The position numbers and the translations under genes were made by a program. 64,000 nt of DNA from positions 39,838 through 103,837 of the forward strand of contig DRGK01000017.1 of NCBI GenBank assembly GCA_011050075.1, given 5' to 3'. The notes under the pieces are model-generated. The model saw only the letters and a program-made list of their open reading frames with translations, was not told the DNA's origin and ran no database searches. Below, piece by piece: positions 1 through 9,412 of the stretch. This stretch comes from Candidatus Jorgensenbacteria bacterium. Lineage in GTDB: Bacteria; Patescibacteriota; Minisyncoccia; UBA6257; GWB1-50-10. Within the stretch, counting starts at the first letter, position 1. Each line of letters opens with the position of its first letter.

Positions 1-97
1 TGTACTGACGGATATTGCTCAGACGTACCAGTTAGTGCTCGAGCGGAGTCCGCAATACCTTAACGTGAACCAATGGGTTTCAGATTCTTCATATTAA
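1..97 (+). CDS. 3' end of a gene upstream of ftsI, possibly FtsL-like (partial)
   Basis: Open frame from base 2 (VLTDIAQTYQLVLERSPQYLNVNQWVSDSSY*) ends at TAA 95-97, overlapping the ftsI start; this is the usual ftsL position. Confidence 0.45.
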   Translation, partial: VLTDIAQTYQLVLERSPQYLNVNQWVSDSSY

Positions 98-1674
98 GTT
101 CTATATTTTTTCTCCTGTACGGCGTGCTGGGTGTGAATCTGTATCAACTTCAGGTTGAGCAGGGAGATTACTATATTAAAAAGGTACGTGCGCGCACTGC
201 GTATCAGGAGGAGCTCTCGCTTAGGCGAGGGCAGATTTTTTTCACAGATCGTTATAAAAATAGCATTCCCGTCGCGCTCAATAAGGACTATCCAATTATT
301 TACGCAGTTCCAAAGGGAATGAATGACCCGGATACAGTCGCTGCGGCAATTGCTCCAATTGTTGAGCATAATATAGAACGTCTGCGGGAATTATTCAGCG
401 ATGATTCGCGACTATTTGTACCGCTCGCAGAAAAAGCGCGCGAAGAGCAGATTGCCAGTATTACTGAATTAAAACTCAGCGGGATATATATTAATAATAA
501 ACAGCACCGATTTTACCCATTTAAAAAACTCGCCGCGCAGGTCATAGGTTTTGTAGGTATTAATGAGAGTTTTGATGAACCAACGGGCCTGTACGGGTTA
601 GAGAAGCTATATAACGAAGATTTAACTAAAGGGGAAGACATATATCTCACGCTTGATCGTACACTGCAGGCTGAATCTGAAAAAATGCTGCGTGAATTAG
701 TGGAACGTTTTGATGCGTCCGGTGGCTCTATTATTATTCAGAACCCTCAAACCGGTGCGATTCTGACGATGGCTAACCACCCTGTTTTTGACCCCAATGA
801 ATACGGAGCATATCCGTTGAATGCATTTATAAACCCCGTTGTGCAGTACGTATATGAAGCCGGTTCGGTTTTTAAACCACTCACGATGTCTATCGGTATC
901 GATACGGGTGTACTTACGCCTAATACAACATATGTGGATGCGGGCAGCGTGACGTTGAATGGTAAAACTATTACGAACTGGGATAGTAAAGCGTACGGTA
1001 AAGTTACCATGACACGCGTTATTGAACGGTCCATAAACACCGGTGCCGTATTTGCGGTCCAACAAATAAACCGCAAACCTTTTATTCGTTATCTAAAAAA
1101 GTTTGGATTTGGCAGTAGAACGGATATTGCGTTGCCGGATGAGGTATTGGGAAGCTTAGCCAATTTAGAGAGGAAGTACGCGCGCGATATCGATTTTGCA
1201 ACCGCAGCGTTCGGCCAGGGTACTGCGGTAACACCGTTGCAACTCATTACTGCGTACGGAGTGCTCGCAAATGGTGGTGTGTTGATGCGGCCATATCTCA
1301 ATGAAGCAGAAGGTTCATACGTAGTAAGGAGGGTGCTGGACAGAGAATCCGCAGAGCAGGTGACACAAATGATGGAGTCTGCAGTTGAAAAAGCGGTTGT
1401 CGCTGCAATACCAGGATATCGAATTGCAGGTAAGACCGGTACAGCGCAAGTGCCTGATTTTGAACGCGGTGGGTACTCAGATACATATATACACACCTTC
1501 GTTGGTTTTGCGCCGGTGAGCAATCCACAGTTCATTATTCTTATTAAATTGGATAAACCTGGTGCGTCATTAGCAGGGCAGACGGTAGTACCCGCATTTC
1601 GTAATCTTGCTCAATTTACTCTCAACTACTATGGTATCCATCCTGATAATCTTCCTGAGGTGTCAATTGAATAA
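73..1674 (+). CDS. ftsI: Class B penicillin-binding protein (FtsI/PBP2 family)
   Basis: N-terminal TM, RGQIFFTDR, GLEK, and transpeptidase motifs SVFK (SxxK), SIN (SxN), KTGT. Confidence 0.9.
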   Translation: MGFRFFILSSIFFLLYGVLGVNLYQLQVEQGDYYIKKVRARTAYQEELSLRRGQIFFTDRYKNSIPVALNKDYPIIYAVPKGMNDPDTVAAAIAPIVEHNIERLRELFSDDSRLFVPLAEKAREEQIASITELKLSGIYINNKQHRFYPFKKLAAQVIGFVGINESFDEPTGLYGLEKLYNEDLTKGEDIYLTLDRTLQAESEKMLRELVERFDASGGSIIIQNPQTGAILTMANHPVFDPNEYGAYPLNAFINPVVQYVYEAGSVFKPLTMSIGIDTGVLTPNTTYVDAGSVTLNGKTITNWDSKAYGKVTMTRVIERSINTGAVFAVQQINRKPFIRYLKKFGFGSRTDIALPDEVLGSLANLERKYARDIDFATAAFGQGTAVTPLQLITAYGVLANGGVLMRPYLNEAEGSYVVRRVLDRESAEQVTQMMESAVEKAVVAAIPGYRIAGKTGTAQVPDFERGGYSDTYIHTFVGFAPVSNPQFIILIKLDKPGASLAGQTVVPAFRNLAQFTLNYYGIHPDNLPEVSIE

Positions 1675-1676
1675 TT

Positions 1677-2978
1677 ATGAAAACCTTATTATTCACTATA
1701 CTGCGTTCAGTACTGCGATCACTCGCACGAGCTACGCTGTGGCGGTATAAGCCGACCGTTATTGGTGTTACGGGCAATGTTGGTAAAACGTCAACGAAAC
1801 TGGTGATAGAGACCGTATTAATACATGAGAAGCGCGTGAGAGCCTCATCAAGGAGTTTTAACAATGAACTTGGCCTGCCACTCACTATTCTTGGTTCATG
1901 GAAAACGACCGGTGGTGCACTTTTCTGGCTGCGAGTCATATTCTTCTCGTTTTTTCGGTTAATGATGAAGCGGTCGTCATATCCGGAGGTACTTGTGCTT
2001 GAGTATGGCGTTGATAAACCGGGTGATATGCAGTATCTACTGAGCATCGTTCGACCGCATATTGGTGTGGTTACTGCGATTGGAGATGTGCCGGTACATG
2101 TGGAGTTTTTCGCAGGGAAGGAGGCAATAGTGAAGGAGAAAGCAAAGTTGATACAACAATTGCCGGCGACGGGATTTGCATTACTGAATACAGATGATGT
2201 AGTTGTACAGAGTATGCGTGAGCAGACGCGGGCGCATGTGGTGACATTTGGGTTTGCGGAACAGGCTGATATGCACATTACGAACTTTGCCACATCGTTT
2301 GAAAATAAAATAGCGGCAGTAACGTTTAAACTACATTATGGTGGTAGCTTTATTCCTGTTCGTATTGAAGGTGTACTTGGCCGTCCACAAGGATACGCGG
2401 CTGCAGTAGCTGCGGCGATTGGACTTATCTTCGGCATGAACTTGGTGGACATTGCTGAAGCACTTGACGATTATCACGCACCGCCGGGGCGTTTAAGAGT
2501 GCTCCGCGGTGTTAAGGAAACTACGGTCATTGATGATACATATAATGCCTCGCCACTCGCAATGGAAGGAGCACTCGCGGCGCTTAAGGGAGTGAGAGCT
2601 AAGCGTAAAATTGCGGTGCTCGGTGATATGCTGGAGATAGGGAAGTACGCAATGGATGCGCACGAATCGTTAGGAAGAGTGGCAGCTAAATCAGCTCACA
2701 TACTGATTACGGTCGGTCGTCTCGGTAAGTTTATCGCGGAAGGAGCAAAGAAAGCAGGAATGCCTAAAAAGAACGTTGTGGAATTTGACAATATTCGTGA
2801 AGCCGGTTTATTCTTGCAGGGGAGACTTGAAAAGGGAGATGTTGTGCTGATTAAGGGTTCACAGGCCGTTCGTATGGAAAAGGTTGTGAAAGAAGTCATG
2901 GCAGAACCAAATCGAGCGGAACAACTACTGGTGCGGCAAGATAAGCGCTGGCTTGAAAAGAAGGGAAGTTATGAATAA
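1677..2978 (+). CDS. murF: UDP-MurNAc-tripeptide D-Ala-D-Ala ligase
   Basis: GVTGNVGKTSTK P-loop, FNNELGLPLT, DDTYNASP, LGDMLEIG, KGSQ. Confidence 0.9.
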   Translation: MKTLLFTILRSVLRSLARATLWRYKPTVIGVTGNVGKTSTKLVIETVLIHEKRVRASSRSFNNELGLPLTILGSWKTTGGALFWLRVIFFSFFRLMMKRSSYPEVLVLEYGVDKPGDMQYLLSIVRPHIGVVTAIGDVPVHVEFFAGKEAIVKEKAKLIQQLPATGFALLNTDDVVVQSMREQTRAHVVTFGFAEQADMHITNFATSFENKIAAVTFKLHYGGSFIPVRIEGVLGRPQGYAAAVAAAIGLIFGMNLVDIAEALDDYHAPPGRLRVLRGVKETTVIDDTYNASPLAMEGALAALKGVRAKRKIAVLGDMLEIGKYAMDAHESLGRVAAKSAHILITVGRLGKFIAEGAKKAGMPKKNVVEFDNIREAGLFLQGRLEKGDVVLIKGSQAVRMEKVVKEVMAEPNRAEQLLVRQDKRWLEKKGSYE

Positions 2979-2980
2979 GA

Positions 2981-3053
2981 GGCCCCATCGTCTAGTGGCT
3001 TAGGACGCTGCCCTCTCACGGCAGAAACCGGGGTTCGACTCCCCGTGGGGTCA
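2981..3053 (+). tRNA. tRNA-Glu(CTC)
   Basis: Acceptor GGCCCCA/TGGGGTC, anticodon arm CTGCC-CTCTCAC-GGCAG, T-loop TTCGACT; CCA not encoded. Confidence 0.95.
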
Positions 3054-3060
3054 CAGTCAT

Positions 3061-3091
3061 AAAAACAGCTCAATCTACTGAGCTGTTTTTT
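3061..3091 (+). terminator. Intrinsic terminator after tRNA-Glu
   Basis: AAAAACAGCTC-N8-GAGCTGTTTTTT. Confidence 0.75.
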
Positions 3092-3125
3092 GATTTTTGA
3101 GCGCTGATTGAGGATAATGATAACT

Positions 3126-3464
3126 ATGAGAGCTATACTACAAGACAGGACACTTCTTATATTTATTGGGCTCACATTCGCGTTTTTGCTGGCGAGTGTG
3201 ATACTGGTCTACGTATATATTAATAACTTGTCATATCCTCTGGTCTTACACTTCAATCCATACTATGGCGTTGATCTCATGGGCGCGTCAATTGATGTGT
3301 GGGGAATAATTATTATGGGAGCAGTTGTCATTGGTGTTAATATGGCGGTGGGTGCTATGCTCTTTTATCGTGAGCGTATCATGACACATATATTGGGAGC
3401 GGTAAGTGTTATGGTCGCGCTCTTAACCTTGATTAGCGTGGGGAACATTATTGCACTCAACTAA
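3126..3464 (+). CDS. Three-TM membrane protein with LHFNPYYGVD motif (CPR-type hypothetical)
   Basis: Three hydrophobic segments; start set at ATG 3126, 7 nt after GATAAT. Confidence 0.7.
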   Translation: MRAILQDRTLLIFIGLTFAFLLASVILVYVYINNLSYPLVLHFNPYYGVDLMGASIDVWGIIIMGAVVIGVNMAVGAMLFYRERIMTHILGAVSVMVALLTLISVGNIIALN

Positions 3465-3468
3465 TACT

Positions 3469-4494
3469 ATGAATGTAGAAACATTGCTCATCATCGTACT
3501 TTCAGCAGTCATACTGGGTTTTGGTGGATTGTTTTACGTGCTTCTATATCGGCGCAATGAAAAACCAAAGGAAAACGAACAGCCATTTTTACTGTTACAG
3601 AATGAGATGCAGGACATTAGGAAGACGATGCGTGAGACACTTGAGACACAGTTTGGGGAATCAAAGAAGCTTATTAAAGATGTTACGAAGCAGCTTACCG
3701 AGGTGCAGGAAACAAACAAACAGGTATTTAATATTACTGACCAGCTGCGCAATCTTGAGCAGGTATTCAAGAATCAGAAGCAGCGGGGGAGTATTGGTGA
3801 AGCGGGACTGGAGCTTGTACTGAGCAACACATTATCTCCGGACGCATATGAGATGCAGCACACTTTTTCTAATGGTACGGTGGTTGATGCGGTTATCATA
3901 ACAAAAGAGGGTATGATCCCGGTTGATGCAAAGTTTTCTCTGGACAACTATATCCGTATTATGGAAGAGGAAGACGAGGAGAAGCGGAAGGTTCTTGAAA
4001 AGGAGTTCAGGAATGACCTCAAGAGACGGATTGACGAAACGGCAAAGTATATACAACCAAAGGAAGGAACGCTTCCGTTTGCATTTATGTATATACCGGC
4101 AGAGCCGATATACTATGATCTACTGGTCAATAAAATTGGTGCGATCAAGTCAAACACGAGGAGCTTGATCGATTACGCGTATATTGATAAGCATGTGATG
4201 GTCGTTTCACCTACGACTTTCTCAGCATATCTGCAGTCGGTGCTGTATGGTTTCCGCGCTTTTAAGATTGAGGAGTCAGCAAAAGAGATTGGGAAAAGTG
4301 TTGAAAAACTTGGACGGCATATCGGTGCGTATGAAGAGTACTATCGAAAACTTGGTAATTCATTAGGGACGACGGTAAGCCACTATAACGCTGCATACAA
4401 AGAATTGAAGAAGATCGATAAAGACGTGCTGCGTATCTCAAGTACGTCTGCAGAAATAGAACCATTGGAGCTGGAAAAACCACAAGAAGAATAA
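3469..4494 (+). CDS. rmuC: DNA recombination protein RmuC
   Basis: N-terminal TM and coiled coil, RGSIGE, VDAKFS, FAFMYIPAE, VSPTT. Confidence 0.88.
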   Translation: MNVETLLIIVLSAVILGFGGLFYVLLYRRNEKPKENEQPFLLLQNEMQDIRKTMRETLETQFGESKKLIKDVTKQLTEVQETNKQVFNITDQLRNLEQVFKNQKQRGSIGEAGLELVLSNTLSPDAYEMQHTFSNGTVVDAVIITKEGMIPVDAKFSLDNYIRIMEEEDEEKRKVLEKEFRNDLKRRIDETAKYIQPKEGTLPFAFMYIPAEPIYYDLLVNKIGAIKSNTRSLIDYAYIDKHVMVVSPTTFSAYLQSVLYGFRAFKIEESAKEIGKSVEKLGRHIGAYEEYYRKLGNSLGTTVSHYNAAYKELKKIDKDVLRISSTSAEIEPLELEKPQEE

Positions 4495-4511
4495 CGGCAG
4501 CGTTTTAAAGT

Positions 4512-5177
4512 ATGCGCAGTCGAGAAGATATACTACAAAAGAAGTGGCAGCGATTGTTACAGCACCGGAGATTTTTTCACCTCATTCCATTTATTGATTT
4601 TGTACTTGTTTCCGGTTCTATGGCACTCGGCACAGCTCGTGAAGAGTCGGACTTTGATGTCATTGTGGGTGCCCGCACAGGCAGAATATTTACGGTCCGG
4701 TTCTTTTGCGTGGTTGTGTTTGAGCTCGCCGGCGTGCGACGCGCTCGCGCTGATCATCGTGGGAACGTCAAGGATAAAGTATGCTTTAATCATTTCGTGG
4801 CACCCGGCGGTTACGTACTGGCATCACCGCGCAACGAGTACTCGGAAGTGATGTACCGGAACCTCGTGCCGCTGTACGGCGATAAGCAAAAGATCAGCAA
4901 GTTCGTAAAGGCGAACGTGTGGGTGCGACGCAGTAGGAAGGTCGACTACGCACGGCATCTGATCGGGAGACTAAATCTCGTCAGTCGTGTGCTGATGATA
5001 GCGCTCGGCGGCAGGGCGGGCGACGCCATTGAGCGAACACTTAAGCGGTATCAGATACACCGTATCGCGAAATATAAGAGGCGTCTTGGAGATTCACTGC
5101 ACATCATTTGCACCGATGACGTCATTCAGTTCCACCCGATGCACAAACACATTAGCACGGGCAGCGTTTCTGATTAG
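4512..5177 (+). CDS. Pol-beta-fold nucleotidyltransferase domain protein
   Basis: SGSMA...SDFD is the GS/DxD NTase signature. Confidence 0.65.
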   Translation: MRSREDILQKKWQRLLQHRRFFHLIPFIDFVLVSGSMALGTAREESDFDVIVGARTGRIFTVRFFCVVVFELAGVRRARADHRGNVKDKVCFNHFVAPGGYVLASPRNEYSEVMYRNLVPLYGDKQKISKFVKANVWVRRSRKVDYARHLIGRLNLVSRVLMIALGGRAGDAIERTLKRYQIHRIAKYKRRLGDSLHIICTDDVIQFHPMHKHISTGSVSD

Positions 5178-6097
5178 AGCCAGTCATTTTTCTTGAAAAG
5201 AGCGAGGAGAATAATGATGATTGTAACGGTCACCGTTACGATACCTGCGAATGCCCACGAGACATCTTGGTAAGGGAGGCGCACGTTCATTCCATACAAA
5301 CTCGCAATGATCGTTGGGACGGTCAGAATAATGGTGAGTGCAGTCAAGAGCTTGATAGTTCGGTTCAGATTATGCGTCATAATCGTGGAATATGAATTGC
5401 GAATATTCACAATATTTTTCATATTGTGTTTACAAAGTTCAATCAATTCACCCGTTCCGAGCATAAGGTCTTCTACTAAGTCTTTATCTTCTTCATAGAG
5501 CCTAAGGTAGGCACCAGCGAGCATTTTTTGCAAGGCAGCATTCGTGGGAATAAGTGCAGAAAGAAAATCATTCAGAATCTCTTCTTGGTTTACGAACTCA
5601 ACAATATCATGACTCTTGATCTTTGAGAGATGTGCTTTCGTTGTGCGGACCTGCCGGTTGATCTTGGTAAGTAGGCTGCTATACCGTTTGTTAATGGCAG
5701 AGAATATATGTATGAGAAATTTCGTTTTTTGTGTGGTATAGAACTCGACAGTACCATCTATAAACGGTTCTAAAAACGCGAGTTTCTTACGTGACAGGGT
5801 AAGGGTAAACTTGTCTCCAATAGCAATAAGAAGCGGCACGGTTATAATACCCCCATCTTCTTTATCGGGTACTCGCGTATAAATGTAGGTGATTCCATCT
5901 TCTCGTTCCATACGAGGCACCTCGTATGGGTCAAGAGCGTCGGTGAGAAGTCCTTTGTCTAACTTGAGATCTTTTGCAAGAATGTCTATCTCATCCGTGG
6001 TGGGGTTTTCAGCATATATCCAGGAACCCACCTTAAACTGTCGCTCATATATTTTGAGTTCCTTATCTTTTAGGTTGCGGTAAAGTATTTTAATCAT
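5174..6097 (-). CDS. corA: CorA-family Mg/Co transporter
   Basis: PTIIASLYGMN signature and two C-terminal TMs; start set at MIKILY (6097). Confidence 0.9.
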   Translation of the reverse strand: MIKILYRNLKDKELKIYERQFKVGSWIYAENPTTDEIDILAKDLKLDKGLLTDALDPYEVPRMEREDGITYIYTRVPDKEDGGIITVPLLIAIGDKFTLTLSRKKLAFLEPFIDGTVEFYTTQKTKFLIHIFSAINKRYSSLLTKINRQVRTTKAHLSKIKSHDIVEFVNQEEILNDFLSALIPTNAALQKMLAGAYLRLYEEDKDLVEDLMLGTGELIELCKHNMKNIVNIRNSYSTIMTHNLNRTIKLLTALTIILTVPTIIASLYGMNVRLPYQDVSWAFAGIVTVTVTIIIILLALFKKNDWL

Positions 6098-6227
6098 TGA
6101 TTCTGTTACCAGTTTATCTGAGGTATTGTAACAACGCAATGTAGTATGTATCGCTTTGTTATCACAGGAAAATAGGATATCATGAAGTAGCAAAGGTCGC
6201 TTGCTTAATACCTTAAAATTTAGCACC

Positions 6228-6383
6228 ATGACTCATTACACATGTTCAGGAGAATGTAAGAGTGTTTCTGATGTTTCGGGTACATGCCAGTCAGACGGTT
6301 GTAAGATGAACGGACAACCGCTTGCTGAGTGCAGCTGCGATGATAGTAGTCACGCTAATGCATCGGAGAATTCTCAGGAATAG
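6228..6383 (+). CDS. 51-aa Cys/His-rich protein, putative metal binder
   Basis: MTHYTCSGECKSVSDVSGTCQSDGCKMNGQPLAECSCDDSSH...; 6 Cys; -10 TATCAT at 6178 and a downstream terminator. Confidence 0.7.
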   Translation: MTHYTCSGECKSVSDVSGTCQSDGCKMNGQPLAECSCDDSSHANASENSQE

Positions 6384-6398
6384 TATAAAAATATAGAT

Positions 6399-6428
6399 AG
6401 GGGTGTGTTACTGAATATGCACCCCTTT
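6399..6428 (+). terminator. Hairpin terminator
   Basis: AGGGGTG...CACCCCT followed by TT. Confidence 0.55.
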
Positions 6429-6433
6429 AGTGT

Positions 6434-7615
6434 ATGCGCTTACTGCACCATCAATACTACTTTCACTTATTTACGCTGCGTAATAAGGAGATAGACGCGC
6501 TCTATATTGCATTAGCGCTTATTAACTTCGCAGTCGGACTTATTAGCATCTTTGTACCCGTGTATTTTTGGGAACTTGGTATTCCGCTGTGGCAGATCAT
6601 CTTCTTCTATTTTCTGCGGGCAGTTTATTATGTCGCTCTGACATTTTTATTGCTCCCGATTATTAAACGGCTGAGCGATAAGATCATGATGTTTTTGGGA
6701 ATTCCGTTCTTAGTTTTGTACTTCATTGGTCTCGGTTTTATGGATGGTACCACATGGTTGTTTTATGTACTGCCGGCAGCGCTTGCGCTCTACGCGCTGT
6801 TTTTTAATGTTGGATACCACATGGACTTTTCTCTGTCGGCTGATGATGGGCGTATTGGAGAAGAGGTTGGCTTAGGTATGGCCATTATCGGTATTTTAAA
6901 GTTTGCCACCCCGTTTTTGGGTGGATTACTGATACTTTTTGTAGGCTTTTCAGGTACTTTTGTAGTCGCGAGTAGTATTCTGCTGCTTGCAGTGATCCCG
7001 TTCTTTTTCATAAAAGGGCGTAAGTTTTCGCCCGATATCAGTGTATCTTCTGTTATAGATACACTGCGTGATAAAACATTTAAATATTTTCATATCGCAA
7101 TGGTTGGGTATGTTATTAATGCCGTTGGTACGGGAGTACTATGGCCACTGTTTCTATTTTTCATCATCGGCAGTATAGAAGGTCTGGGAGGATTGATCTC
7201 ATTGGGCTTACTCCTTGGTGTAGCAACCACGTTCGTGGTTGGTAAACTGGCAGATAAGCATATGGGAAGGGGGATTATGTCAGCGGCTGCTATCGGTGAG
7301 GCTGTGGTATGGTTCGTGCGAGCGGTAACGCAGCAGTTTCCGGTGGTTGTCGGCAGCCACATTGCCAGCGCAATGTTTAAGGATGCACTGTTGCCGATAT
7401 GGACGCGAACATACTACACACTACTGCGCACAAAAAAGAAGTTGGGTATGTACGTACTCGGGCAGGAGGCATCATACAACATTATTCGAATGGTGGTACA
7501 TCCCATTCTGATGTTGATGGCGTATATATTGCCGTTGGACCAGTTCTTTACCGTTTCGTTTTTACTCATAGGTGCTGCATCATTTCTCTTTATGGCGATA
7601 AATCACAGCTCGTAG
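6434..7615 (+). CDS. MFS transporter
   Basis: About 12 TM segments; GKLADKHMGR loop motif. Confidence 0.8.
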   Translation: MRLLHHQYYFHLFTLRNKEIDALYIALALINFAVGLISIFVPVYFWELGIPLWQIIFFYFLRAVYYVALTFLLLPIIKRLSDKIMMFLGIPFLVLYFIGLGFMDGTTWLFYVLPAALALYALFFNVGYHMDFSLSADDGRIGEEVGLGMAIIGILKFATPFLGGLLILFVGFSGTFVVASSILLLAVIPFFFIKGRKFSPDISVSSVIDTLRDKTFKYFHIAMVGYVINAVGTGVLWPLFLFFIIGSIEGLGGLISLGLLLGVATTFVVGKLADKHMGRGIMSAAAIGEAVVWFVRAVTQQFPVVVGSHIASAMFKDALLPIWTRTYYTLLRTKKKLGMYVLGQEASYNIIRMVVHPILMLMAYILPLDQFFTVSFLLIGAASFLFMAINHSS

Positions 7616-7757
7616 CGTAGTATTGTATAGTAAAAACCTGTTCTCAGAGTGTCAAATATTAGAGCACTGAGATATTGGTAGCTTAGCGGTTACTATTTAT
7701 GATATAATACGGTTCTCACTTGGTTCTTTTACAAAAAAGTAGCATAGGGAGTTGTGT

Positions 7758-7937
7758 ATGATACCATGGAGTGTGCGTTGTATACTCGCGGGCCTTGAGC
7801 CGCAATTACAAATGGTTTTACCCGCCCGCAGGTTTCAACTGGTAAACTGCGATATCGGCATAATAATGATTAGCGAGAGGATGAGAAATCATCACGACAG
7901 ACGTCCAAAGGCGATAGGTAAGAAGCGCCGCATCTAA
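7758..7937 (+). CDS. Possible orphan small basic protein (59 aa)
   Basis: TATAAT at 7703, GGGAG before the ATG, terminator just after the stop; no recognisable family. Confidence 0.4.
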   Translation: MIPWSVRCILAGLEPQLQMVLPARRFQLVNCDIGIIMISERMRNHHDRRPKAIGKKRRI

Positions 7938-7946
7938 CAAAATTTT

Positions 7947-7976
7947 GCCCGAGAGTATAGCACTCTCGGGCTTTTT
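7947..7976. terminator. Terminator between convergent units
   Basis: GCCCGAGAGT-ATAGC-ACTCTCGGGC-TTTTT. Confidence 0.8.
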
Positions 7977-7981
7977 ATATA

Positions 7982-9115
7982 TTATTCAGATTTTAGATAC
8001 TTTTTGTCTTTGAGCTTTTTTGGCAATAAACTTTCCTTCGTGTATTTTTCATATCCCTTTCCATACCCGATATCTTTCATAAGTTTGGTGGGTGCATTTC
8101 GCACTTCCATTGGAATAGGTAGGTTCTTATACTGTTTGACGTCTTTTGCTGCTAACTGGTATGCCTCGTACGCACCTCTGTTCTTTTTGCACTTGGAAAG
8201 ATAAACCGTGCCGTGTGCGAGATTGATAGCACACTCCGGAAGTCCAATGATCTCAACTGCGCGGAATACATCGTTTGCAATCACGAGCGCCGCTGGATTG
8301 GTCAAACTTACATCCTCGCTCGCGAAGATAACCATCCGGCGGGCGATAAACTTTGGGTCTTCTCCGGCATCAATCATGCGTGCCAGATAGTAGAGTGCCG
8401 CGTCGGGCTGGCTTGCTCGCATGCTCTTAATGTATGCACTAATCGTATTGTAGTGTTCATCTCCCTTCTTGTCGTAACGGATGTGTTCGGACTGCACTGC
8501 TTCGCGCAGGATTTCAATTGTTACCGTATCATGCAGTTGTGATGTGTGGTCGAGTACAGTAAGTGCCTGCCGAGCATCACCGTTCGCAACGCGGATAAGC
8601 CAGTCGCGTGCATCCGTGTTAAGTTTAATACCCGACCGGTCAATAATCTTACCCATTGCCTCTTCGGACAGTTCGTGTAGGACGAATACACGACATCGAG
8701 ACAAAAGCGGTGCGATGACTTCAAAGCTTGGATTTTCAGTGGTAGCTCCGATAAGGGTTAGTTCTCCGTTCTCAACATACGGCAGGAGAAAGTCCTGCTG
8801 TGCTTTATTAAACCGGTGAATTTCATCCAAAAAGAGTACTTTCGGACGGTCGCCGATATTCTCCTGTAAGATTTTCCGTATATCCGCCTTGCCGGCCGAG
8901 ACGGCAGAGTGTTCGTAGAACTTCGCATCAAGCGCGTTCGCATAGATACGGGCAAGCGTTGTTTTTCCCACACCCGGAGGACCCCATAAAATAAATGAGA
9001 ACAGATGTTTTTGTTCTGTAGCATTCCGGAGTGGCTTTCCTTTTCCTACCAGGTGTTCCTGACCAATGAGTTCATTTAGAGTTTTTGGTCTAATACGAGA
9101 CGCGAGTGGTTCCAT
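7982..9115 (-). CDS. rarA: Replication-associated recombination protein A (AAA+)
   Basis: PLASRIRP, GPPGVGKTT, DEIHRFNKAQQD, GATTENPSF, ISAYIKSMRAS. Confidence 0.93.
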   Translation of the reverse strand: MEPLASRIRPKTLNELIGQEHLVGKGKPLRNATEQKHLFSFILWGPPGVGKTTLARIYANALDAKFYEHSAVSAGKADIRKILQENIGDRPKVLFLDEIHRFNKAQQDFLLPYVENGELTLIGATTENPSFEVIAPLLSRCRVFVLHELSEEAMGKIIDRSGIKLNTDARDWLIRVANGDARQALTVLDHTSQLHDTVTIEILREAVQSEHIRYDKKGDEHYNTISAYIKSMRASQPDAALYYLARMIDAGEDPKFIARRMVIFASEDVSLTNPAALVIANDVFRAVEIIGLPECAINLAHGTVYLSKCKKNRGAYEAYQLAAKDVKQYKNLPIPMEVRNAPTKLMKDIGYGKGYEKYTKESLLPKKLKDKKYLKSE

Positions 9116-9196
9116 GTTTATAGTATGTATCTAAAACAAAACCAGCTCAAATAAAATCTAACGGCTCAGCTCAGGTGAGCCGATAAAAGTCAAAGC

Positions 9197-9223
9197 AAGC
9201 CCCTAACTTGTGGTTAGGGGCTT
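9197..9223 (-). terminator. Hairpin, probable terminator
   Basis: AAGCCCCTAAC-TTGTG-GTTAGGGGCTT, a perfect 11-bp stem. Confidence 0.6.
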
Positions 9224-9412
9224 AGTTTGGGAGGACTACTCCCACCGGCAAGCAAGCTGGTTATTGGCGATGTTCCGGGTGACGTGAACGATAGGTACGA
9301 GAACTTGGAGGTGATCTCATAAGACGTTCTCCTATCAGGTTATCAGGGTTTATCGGTTGTCAACGTACATAGTACAAGGAGGTACTGTGTATGTTCATTA
9401 TAGCATATATTT

